Below, in pieces: positions 20,943 to 29,500 of a stretch of DNA of 64,000 nt (its first letter is position 1; each line of letters starts with the position of its first letter). The stretch covers positions 1,477,256-1,541,255 of the forward strand of contig OZ253555.1 of NCBI GenBank assembly GCA_965262725.1, read 5' to 3'. The DNA comes from Dehalococcoidia bacterium (GTDB taxonomy: Bacteria; Chloroflexota; Dehalococcoidia; UBA2979). The translations under genes and the position numbers were made by a program. Under the pieces are notes generated by a model, which was not told the DNA's origin, searched no databases, and was given only the letters and a program-made list of their open reading frames with translations.

Positions 20943-22523
20943 ATGGCCTACCGGGAGGTACACGGGGTGGAGATCCAGGAGATCATTCGACGCTGGCAGG
21001 CGGGGCTCAGCCAGCGCCGCATCGCCAGCGGGATGGGGTTGTCGCGTCAGACGGTCCGCCGCTACATCGACGCGGCCGAAGCGGCCGGCCTCACACCTGA
21101 CGGTCCCGAGCCGAGTGAGGAGCAGCTCGCCGCGCTGGCGACGCTGAGCCTCTCCGGCCCGCGGCAGGTCGAGGCGCCGAGCGAAGAGCTGCTCTCGCCC
21201 TGGGCGGAGCAGATCGAGCGCTGGCTTGAGACCGACCGCCTGCAACTGACGCGCATCCAGGAGCTCCTCGCCGGACGAGGCTGCGAGGTCTCCTACACCA
21301 CGCTGCGGCGTTTCATCCGGCGCCGCGGCTGGCGCCACCGGCTGCCGTCGACCGTGCGCATGGACGACGGGCCGCCGGGCGAGGTGGCGGAGATGGACTT
21401 CGGCCGCCTCGGCTTCATCCGGGACCCCGAGAGCGGCCGCCGGCGCGCGGTGTGGGCGCTGGTCGTCGTCTGGCGCTACTCACGCCACTGCTTTGTGTGG
21501 CCCACCACCAGCCAGACGCTGGACGCTGTGATCGAGGGCCTGGAGGAGGCCTGGGCCTTCTTCGGGGGCGTGCCGCGCTACCTCGTCATCGATAACTTCC
21601 CGGCCGCCGTCGCCGGGGCCGACGCGCTGCACCCGCGCTTCACGCGGGGCTTCCTCGAGTACGCCCGCCACAGAGGCTTCATCACCGACCCCGCGCGCGT
21701 GCGTCATCCCCGCGACAAGCCGCGCGTCGAGCGCAGCATCCCCTACGTGCGCGAGCGCCTCTTCAAGGGCGGCGACTTCCGGGACGTCGTCGACCTGCGC
21801 TCCGCCGCCCGCAGCTGGTGCCTGGAGGTGGCGGGACAGCGCATCCACGGCACGACCCGCCGCCGGCCGCTCGAGGTCTTCCGGGAGGAGGAGCTCCCTC
21901 TCCTCGCTCCCTGGGACGGCGAGCCCTACGAGGTCCCCGACTGGCGGACCGCCACGGTCCATCCCGACCACCACATCGCCTGCCAGTACGCGCTGTACTC
22001 GGTGCCGTCCACGGCCTGCCCGCCCCGCCAGAAGGTCGAGGTGCAGCTCGGCTCGAAGCTGGTGCGCATCTACCACCGCGGTCAGCTCATCAAGGTCCAC
22101 CCGCGCCAGCGCCGGGGCGGCCGCGCCACCGACCCGAACGACTACCCGGCCGAGCTCACCCCCTACACCAGGCGGGCGCCCGACTGGATACAGCGCCGCG
22201 CCGCCGAGCTGGGGGAGGCCGTGGGCGCCTACGCCGAGCGTCTCTTCGAGGGCTCCCTGCCCTGGGCGAAGCTCCGGCAGGGCCACAAGCTGCTGCGCCT
22301 CGCCGAGCGCTACTCCCCGGACCGCCTCGACGCCGCCTGCCGCCGCGCGCTCGAGGTCGACCTCATCGACGTGCGCCGCCTCGAGCGCATCCTCGTCCGC
22401 GCCCTCGACCAGGAGAGCACCCCAGACCAGCCCGAGCTGCCGCCTCCTCCGGGGCGCTTCGCCCGCTCGGGCTCCGTCTTCGCCCAGTCCCGCACGCAGA
22501 CCCCGACAGGAGCACCACGATGA
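20943..22523 (+). CDS. istA: IS21-family transposase IstA (HTH plus DDE integrase core), 526 aa.
   Basis: N-terminal HTH (LSQRRIASGMGLSRQTVRRYI). rve-type catalytic region. IstA-typical length and IstA-IstB ATGA overlap. Confidence 0.9.
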   Translation: MAYREVHGVEIQEIIRRWQAGLSQRRIASGMGLSRQTVRRYIDAAEAAGLTPDGPEPSEEQLAALATLSLSGPRQVEAPSEELLSPWAEQIERWLETDRLQLTRIQELLAGRGCEVSYTTLRRFIRRRGWRHRLPSTVRMDDGPPGEVAEMDFGRLGFIRDPESGRRRAVWALVVVWRYSRHCFVWPTTSQTLDAVIEGLEEAWAFFGGVPRYLVIDNFPAAVAGADALHPRFTRGFLEYARHRGFITDPARVRHPRDKPRVERSIPYVRERLFKGGDFRDVVDLRSAARSWCLEVAGQRIHGTTRRRPLEVFREEELPLLAPWDGEPYEVPDWRTATVHPDHHIACQYALYSVPSTACPPRQKVEVQLGSKLVRIYHRGQLIKVHPRQRRGGRATDPNDYPAELTPYTRRAPDWIQRRAAELGEAVGAYAERLFEGSLPWAKLRQGHKLLRLAERYSPDRLDAACRRALEVDLIDVRRLERILVRALDQESTPDQPELPPPPGRFARSGSVFAQSRTQTPTGAPR

Positions 22524-23293
22524 CCGCCACCACCTCAGACCTCCGCCCGCTGCTCAAGCGCCTCAAGCTCGGCCGTATGCTCGACACCCTGCCCGAGCGC
22601 ATCGCCCTCGCGCGGCGCGACCACCTCGACTACGCGGACTTCCTGCAGATCCTGCTCGTCGACGAGGTGAGCCGCCGCGACCACGGGCGGTTGGAGCTGC
22701 GCCTGCGCCAGGCCGGCTTCGAGCAGCTCTGCCGCCTCGAGGACTTCGACTGGGCGGCCGCCATCCGGCTCGACCGCCGCCTGCTCGACGCCGCCTTCTC
22801 GCTGCACTTCCTCGATCGCCGCGAGCACGTCCTGCTCGTCGGCCCCGTCGGCGTCGGCAAGAGCTTCTTAGCCCAGGCGCTCGGCTACTCAGCCGTCCGC
22901 TCCGGACGCAGCGTCCGCTTCGCCCCGGCCGACCACTACTTCCGCGAGATGGCGCAGGCCCGCGTCGACCACTCGGCCGAGAAGGTCTTCCGAAGCTTCC
23001 TCGCGCCCGACCTGCTCATCCTCGACGACCTCGGGCTCCATCGCCTCAGCGCGCAGCAGTCCATCGACCTCTACGAGCTGGTCATCGGGCGCCACCGCAG
23101 CTCCAGCTTCGTCATCACCTCGAACCGCGCCGTGGAGGAATGGCTGGGTCTCTTCGACGACCCGATCCTCGGCAACAGCGCCCTCGACCGCCTCGCCAAC
23201 GCCAGCTACCAGATCGTGATCGAGGGCGATAGCTACCGCCAGCGGCTCTCGCCGCACCGCGCCCTGCTCGAGGCGCAGACGGGAGGTGATTGA
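22520..23293 (+). CDS. istB: IS21-family ATP-binding helper IstB (DnaC-like AAA+), 257 aa.
   Basis: Walker A LVGPVGVGKSFLA. Walker B LLILDDLG. The start ATG overlaps the istA stop (ATGA at 22520-22523). Confidence 0.9.
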   Translation: MTATTSDLRPLLKRLKLGRMLDTLPERIALARRDHLDYADFLQILLVDEVSRRDHGRLELRLRQAGFEQLCRLEDFDWAAAIRLDRRLLDAAFSLHFLDRREHVLLVGPVGVGKSFLAQALGYSAVRSGRSVRFAPADHYFREMAQARVDHSAEKVFRSFLAPDLLILDDLGLHRLSAQQSIDLYELVIGRHRSSSFVITSNRAVEEWLGLFDDPILGNSALDRLANASYQIVIEGDSYRQRLSPHRALLEAQTGGD

Positions 23294-23485
23294 CGCGCTA
23301 GACGCTCACTGATATCAAGCCGCCTACCGGCGTCCCGGGTGGTCTAATGACCGTGGCGACGCGTGGCTCAATGACCCTGGCGATCGACACGGCACTATGT
23401 TGGCACGTATAAATTCACATAGATTCACGTCTAATTCACTGACAGTAGGCCGACAACCGGTCAGAATCCCATCTCGTTACGGGCA

Positions 23486-23800
23486 GTGCGCTTGCACGGG
23501 GTGCTCGCCGGGTTTGCCCAGGGCGCTAGCTACGACGTGCAGGTACGCGCAGTCGCGGACGTCGAGGGAGCCTGGTCCGGGAGCCGGACGGGAACGCCCG
23601 CCGAGCCCGGCGGCTCGACCGCGACGGCGGCGACCCTGGCGCTCGACGCCCCGCTGGGGGGCATGATCGAGCCGGGAACGGACACCGACTACTTCAAGCT
23701 CGTGTTGAGCAGTGCGGCCACGATTCTGATCTGGACGTCAGGAGACCTCGATACGGTGGGGGTATTGCTGGACAGCGGCGGCGCGGAGCTGGAGTCATGA
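23486..23800 (+). pseudogene. 5'-truncated remnant of a secreted protein: C-terminal bacterial pre-peptidase (PPC)-like domain.
   Basis: ...ASYDVQVRAV then GSTATAATLALDAPLGGMIEPGTDTDYFKLVLSSAATILIWTSGDLDTVGVLLDSGG. There is no signal peptide or N-terminal domain. The frame opens only 50 nt downstream of the IS21 right end. Confidence 0.4.
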
Positions 23801-23852
23801 CTAGCGCATCCCTATCTCACGAAGTCCATCGCAGTGCGAGCGGATTGCCCAA

Positions 23853-26558
23853 GTGACGAGTCTGCTGCGGCTTCTCGATCCGAACGAGCCTGACTCGGCG
23901 GCGCGAGCTGCCGGGGCTGTCGCCGCCCTGCTCGACCGCCTGCCGTCACCACGCTCAATCGCCGAACTTCGTCTCGGGCCGGAGGACGTTGAGTGGCTGC
24001 GAGTGTGGGCGGGCGGGATGTCCGCTGCAGCGGCGAGGTGGAGCGGCGACCGGCGGCTCCTGGGCGACCTGGGGGCCGCGCGCCAGCAGGCGTTCGGGCT
24101 GGTCTTCCTCGCACTCGCGGCTGAGACGGCGCGGCGGGATGCGGCCGAGGGGCACGTGTGGGGCCCCGTCCGGCGCCGCGTATCCAGCGCGGCCGCCTCG
24201 ATGCTCTTCAGTCAGGGGCAACCGAAGCAAGCGCTCAAGGACGCGCTGGAGTCCGCGTGCAGGCGCTGGCAGTTGCGGCATGTCTTTGGAGAGGAAGGCC
24301 TGCAAGCCTGGTACGCCTCGGTCTACCTTCAGTTCGGGTTCACGGAACGGACCATCGAGTCGCGACTGCCGGCGCGGCTTGCGAATGCCGAAGCGCTGCC
24401 CATAGCGGTTCACCACCTGCTCCACGACCGGAGACTGAAGTCCGACTCGTTCGCGTCCCTCTGGAACACCCTTATCGGTGTGCGCCGTCGCAACGTATCG
24501 GACTTGAGAGCCCGCCAAGTGCTTGCGGGGAGCCCGTGGATTCTGCCGGAGTGGACTGACGCGCTCCTCGAGGCTGCCGTGGCGCGCATGGAGTTGACGC
24601 CGTCGGGCCTGTCCGATGAAGAGGTTGCGCCCTCGCTCTTCACCGTTCCGCGTCTGGAGTGGGTCGGTCAGCAACCGCGCTTCATCGCCGAACTGGTCAA
24701 CCTTGCCGACGTCGCCGGCGAGTTGGAGCCGGGTGCCTACCGATTGCGGGCCGGCACGGTCAGCGTGGAGTTCACGATCGACGACCTCGGCACCCCTCAC
24801 GGCCTGCGCCCGGTGGGACTTCCACTGTGGCCAGCCCGGCTCACCGCCACAGTTGAGCAGCACCACGGTGAGGACTCATGGGATCCCGTCGCTGGCGAAG
24901 AGATGGTCCTGTGGGAACCCTCCGACGAAGTCGCCGCCTTCCGCGACGACGGGTTCCCGCTGGACGCCTGGAGCACCGCGCTGCACCCAAATCAGCCCTA
25001 CACACTCGTGCTTGCACCGGGACTCGACGTCAAGCCCGTCCAAGACCGTTGGGCGCATGCGGATGGATGCCTCGCGGTCCAGTTGCCGGCTGGCTGGGCG
25101 GAGGATACGGGCGTGTACCTCGATGGCGAGAGAATCTGGGATCCGCTCGTCACCGCCGATGGCCAGAAGACGCTTGCTGGGCTGTCTATGCCTCCCGCTG
25201 GCACGAGGCTGGGTGAAGCACCGAGGATTCAGTTGTTCGGCCTGTCGGAGCGGGTCACTGAAGTAAAGGCCGATCGGCGTGCAGTGGCCTTCGAGCAGCA
25301 CGGGGGGAGCATCGAAGCGTTCCTTTCCCCCGGCGAGCACGCCGCCCGCCCCTCCGTGCTCGTCCGCACCAAAGACGCAAGCGGAGAGGTTAGGGCGGGG
25401 CGGATTCAGCTCACCTGGTTCGGGGCCCAGCACCTTCGCCCGTACGGCTGGGCGCCGTTCCCGGTCGGTGTGATCGATGAGCGCGATCTCGGTCAGCGCA
25501 TCCGCGCGTTCGCGCCGGAGTGGCGTGAGCCGACATTGCTGGTTGGCAACCGTCCGATCGGGCGGATCGGCAGCCGCGGTCGAGCACGGGGCTCGGTGGG
25601 AGCGTGGGGCGCGCCGCTTCTCATCGCCGATGGGCAGTTCAATCGCGAGCCCGACCGCCAACTGCTGCTGGCCGATGCCATCACGTCTCGCGGCGTCATC
25701 CTGGACATGAACGATGACGACTTCGGAGGCGCGGCCCTGGTCACCCTCCGGCAGCCCGTCAACCTCGGCGAGGTCAGAGTCTTCGGCATCGATCGCGGCG
25801 GCGCTGTCGACGACATCCGGCCCACCCCAACGGGTGAGCGGTCGTGGGTGATCGAGGTGCCTCCAGAGAACGCCCTGGCGATCGTCTACGGGGAGGAATG
25901 GATTGGGGGGTGGTGGTGGCGGCCCCCCGTACCGCCCCAGTCGGCCGAAGGTGCCGTTCACCTGATAAGGCTGCTGCGCGACGCGCGGGCTCCGCTGCTC
26001 TCGCGTGACTATGGCGGTTGGGCGCGGGGAGCGCTGCGCGCGCACCCCGCCAGCGCGCTCGTCTGGCTCTTCAACCTCAGCGAAGCTGGAACGCTCTCCG
26101 CCGCGCCGCCGGAATCAGACGACTTCGCTCCAGTGGTTCGCGACCTGCTCGACGGATGGGAGCCGGACCACATATGCGTCGCTCACCTTGCCCGAACTCT
26201 GCGTGACTCAAGCGAGGAGTTCATCGAAGGGCTCGCCGACACTGCTCTGCGAGCGCCGGGCCCGACCGCACGCCTGCTCAGTTCAGTCTTCGAGGACTCG
26301 GGGCTCCGGCGGCGTGTCCGCGGAGCCCTCCTTGAGGCGCTTGGTTGGGGAGACGCATCGAGCGCCGGCGTGCTCAATGAGATCGGATGGCAGTTCGATG
26401 TGGACAGCGGGTTCCTTGAACGTCTCGGGCGGTTAGCGAACGATGGGTTGCGCGGGCAACCGATTCCCCGCGTGCAGCGGCAGAATCTGCTCGTGGCGAT
26501 GAACCTGAGCGGCGACTTTCGGCGGTGGCTCGCCGGACGCCTGATCTCGGAGGACTGA
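23853..26558 (+). CDS. druH: Large (901 aa) protein with no recognisable domain: a DruH-like partner of the downstream DUF1998 helicase (Druantia type III-like architecture).
   Basis: GTG start at 23853, stop at 26558. Composition is non-repetitive and Trp-rich. No known motifs were recognised. The stop lies 4 nt before the SD/GTG of the next gene. Confidence 0.8.
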   Translation: MTSLLRLLDPNEPDSAARAAGAVAALLDRLPSPRSIAELRLGPEDVEWLRVWAGGMSAAAARWSGDRRLLGDLGAARQQAFGLVFLALAAETARRDAAEGHVWGPVRRRVSSAAASMLFSQGQPKQALKDALESACRRWQLRHVFGEEGLQAWYASVYLQFGFTERTIESRLPARLANAEALPIAVHHLLHDRRLKSDSFASLWNTLIGVRRRNVSDLRARQVLAGSPWILPEWTDALLEAAVARMELTPSGLSDEEVAPSLFTVPRLEWVGQQPRFIAELVNLADVAGELEPGAYRLRAGTVSVEFTIDDLGTPHGLRPVGLPLWPARLTATVEQHHGEDSWDPVAGEEMVLWEPSDEVAAFRDDGFPLDAWSTALHPNQPYTLVLAPGLDVKPVQDRWAHADGCLAVQLPAGWAEDTGVYLDGERIWDPLVTADGQKTLAGLSMPPAGTRLGEAPRIQLFGLSERVTEVKADRRAVAFEQHGGSIEAFLSPGEHAARPSVLVRTKDASGEVRAGRIQLTWFGAQHLRPYGWAPFPVGVIDERDLGQRIRAFAPEWREPTLLVGNRPIGRIGSRGRARGSVGAWGAPLLIADGQFNREPDRQLLLADAITSRGVILDMNDDDFGGAALVTLRQPVNLGEVRVFGIDRGGAVDDIRPTPTGERSWVIEVPPENALAIVYGEEWIGGWWWRPPVPPQSAEGAVHLIRLLRDARAPLLSRDYGGWARGALRAHPASALVWLFNLSEAGTLSAAPPESDDFAPVVRDLLDGWEPDHICVAHLARTLRDSSEEFIEGLADTALRAPGPTARLLSSVFEDSGLRRRVRGALLEALGWGDASSAGVLNEIGWQFDVDSGFLERLGRLANDGLRGQPIPRVQRQNLLVAMNLSGDFRRWLAGRLISED

Positions 26559-26562
26559 CGTA

Positions 26563-29500
26563 GTGCCGGGGAAGCTGGACTCACTCGGGCTCGCGGAGTC
26601 GCTGCGGCGACGAATGGCCGACTTCGCGTCGGCGGACCTGTACGTGACGGACCCCGAGATTCAGCGCGCCGCCGGGGCCGTATGGGAGGACGAGGAGTCG
26701 GGGCTGGTTGGCGAACTGTGGGTCGAGGGGATCATGCCGCCAATGCCCGGTCAGCGCCTACAGAAGATCGCGGAAGCGGGCGGGTTCGACCAAGACTTGC
26801 TCGGGCGCCTGACGGAGTCTGGCGCTTGGGGCGACTGGCGGCTTCACGAGCACCAGGAGCGCGCCATTCGCGCTGCCTCGAGCGATCTAGGCGGCGCCGT
26901 CATGGTTTCTGCGGGCACTGGCGCTGGGAAGACGGAGAGCTTCCTGTTGCCGCTCGTCGACCGGCTGTGGAGCGCGCCTCGCCGCGGTTCCGGCATGCGC
27001 GCGCTCATCCTCTACCCCATGAACGCTCTCGTCCGTGACCAGATGGATCGCCTTGATGCGTGGCTTGGCGGTCAGTCCCGGCTCACCTATTTCCACTTCA
27101 CGAGCGAGACACCCGAGACTGAGTCCGAGGCGGACCGGCGTGGGATAGCGAAGCAGTTCGCGAGCCGCGTTCGATCGCGGGACGAAGCGCGGCGCGCTCC
27201 TCCCGACATCTGCGTGACGAACTACTCGATGCTCGAGTACATGCTCGCTAGGCCGCAGGACGCACCATTCTTCGGCGAGGGGCTCGAGGTCGTCGTCCTC
27301 GATGAGGCGCACCTCTACACGGGGACGCTCGCGAGCGAGATCATGTTCCTGCTGCGCCGGGTGCTGCTCCGCTGCGGACTGACCGCGACGGACATCCTGC
27401 ACCTCGCAACGTCGGCGACGCTCGGCGGCGACGACGACGAACTGCGGGCGTTCCTCTCCCAGCTCACGGCCACGCCGCCCGGGCGCGCCTGCGTCATCCG
27501 GGGGCGACCTCAGCCGTCCGCGCCGCTGCCTGCGTCAGGCAGCGACCAACGTGCCGGAGCACTCGTGCAGCTCGATGGTAGGCTCCCTTCCAACGCTGGT
27601 GGGACCGATGTGTTGTCAATACTGGGGGCGGAGACTGACGACGACTCCGACGCGCCGATCGTGCTTGGTCGGCGGTTGGCGGACTGGCCCGCCACGGAGC
27701 GCCTGCGGTCCGCCCTGCACGCCGAGCCTGGAGTGCCACACCTTCTAGTCGAACTCGCCGAGAAGGTGTGGCCTCACGGCGGCAAATCGAATGTCGCTGC
27801 CACCGCCGCTCTGCTGCGCTGGACGTCAATAGCTCAATCGGGGCCGGACGCTCCGCTGCTCGCGCATCGGCTGCATCTGCCGCTGCGCGGCCCTGGCGGG
27901 TTGGGCCTCTGCCTCAACGGCGACTGCTCAGGCCCCGAGGAACGGCAGAAGACCGGATGCGGCGCTGTCCAGGATGCCCGTGGCGACCGATGCCGCTGGT
28001 GTTCCTCTGTCGTCCTGCCGATCGCGCGCTGCGAGGGCTGCGGGCTCGTGGTGCTCACCGCGCGGCAGCAACACGCGAGATTCGTGCCGGAACCCGTTCC
28101 TGGTCGCGGTACGAGGCGAACCGCGATGGAAGTGCGCGGCTTACTGCTCGGGTTCGCCGACCCTGCACCGGGGGCGGTGGAAGTGCTCCCGGACGGTTCG
28201 GTGGGAGGCGGAGGCGTGCGCCTGCGCCCCCTGCCGCCGCTCGATGCTGACACGCCGTACGAGACGGGCTGCGCACACGAATTATTCGAGCCGCTCGCGC
28301 GCGGCGCCGGGTTGCTGCTGAGCGTGATCGCCGAGACATCTCTCGCCGCTATGCCGCCGGACAGCGACCCCGATCGCGCCCGCACGCGGCCCGCCGGGGG
28401 CAGGCGGCTGCTGGTGTTCAGTGACAGCCGCCGGGAGGCTGCCCGGCTCGGGCCGGCGCTCACCTGGGGCCATGAGGTGCAGCTAGTTCGGGCGGAGATC
28501 CTGCGGCTGATGGACGCTGCATCCCCGGACGATGTGTCTGCAACCCGCGAGTACCTCAAGTCTGACATTGCTCGCCTGCAGAATCTGCTGGAGCGGGATC
28601 CCCCATCATCGACGCGCCAACTCATCGAGCGGGACTTGGCTGACCGGGTGACGGACCTACGGGCGCACATCCTGGGCGGGCCCATGCACGACTGGGAGCG
28701 CGCCTTGGCCCGTTCGGACAAGCTCGCTGAGATCCTGTCGTTTGACGGGGCGAGCATCCACCGGCGGGCCGAGTGGAGTGACGAGTCGTGGAGCGAGAAT
28801 CACCGGGCGAACGGCAGGCGCGCCCGCGCGTTGCTGGCGCGTGAGTTCGTCGCCCCACCCGGTCGGAGCGCCGGCGCGTCGCTCGAGGCGCTGGGGCTGG
28901 CGCTCGTGGACTATCCGGAGCTGCGTGAACTGCCGCCGCCAACGCTCGGCCAGTTGCCGAGTACGATCCGCGAGCGTGCGGTCGAACAGTGGCCCCAGTT
29001 CGTCGCAGCCCTGCTCGACTCGCTTCGCGTTGACGGCGGGATTACAACGGGCGAACAGGAACTCGACGACTACTACTCCGAGGACCATGCGCCGATCGGA
29101 AAGTGGATCAGCTTCGAAGGCCCGGACCGGCGCGACCGCGCCCGGTTCCGCGGCGCCACCTCGCGGCACAGGCGGAATGCCTTCCTCATCCGATTGCTGC
29201 TCGACTTCGGCGCGACGGGCGAGCAGCTGGATGAGTTCGAGCCGTTGCTGGCGCGCGCCGCCTTCGACTGGTTGCGAACCGCGGAGCCACGCCCCGAGTG
29301 GCTGGAGCGCCACCAGACCGAGCCCTGGTTCCGCGTGCGGTTCCCCGATCTCGCGCTGCGCAGGCCGGACGAGGTCTGGCTGGACGAGAGCCGCCTCATC
29401 GTCGGGTTCGTAGTGAATGGCCGCCATCCGCGGGGAACCGGCCGCTTCGTGCAGCGGAGGCAATCCGAGCTTGACGCCGATCCCCGCTTCCAGCGCCTGC

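Larger units (their letters stand above)
20787..23419 (+). mobile_element. IS21-family insertion sequence (2633 bp) with TGTGAAT...ATTCACA termini and multiple sub-terminal repeats.
   Basis: Left end tgtgaatcgccagg... carries two direct copies of cgccagggtcattga (20827-20863). The right end carries the inverted copies tcaatgaccctggcg and ctaatgaccgtggcg, then ...attcaca at 23413-23419. istA and istB lie inside. No target-site duplication could be identified. Confidence 0.8.
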
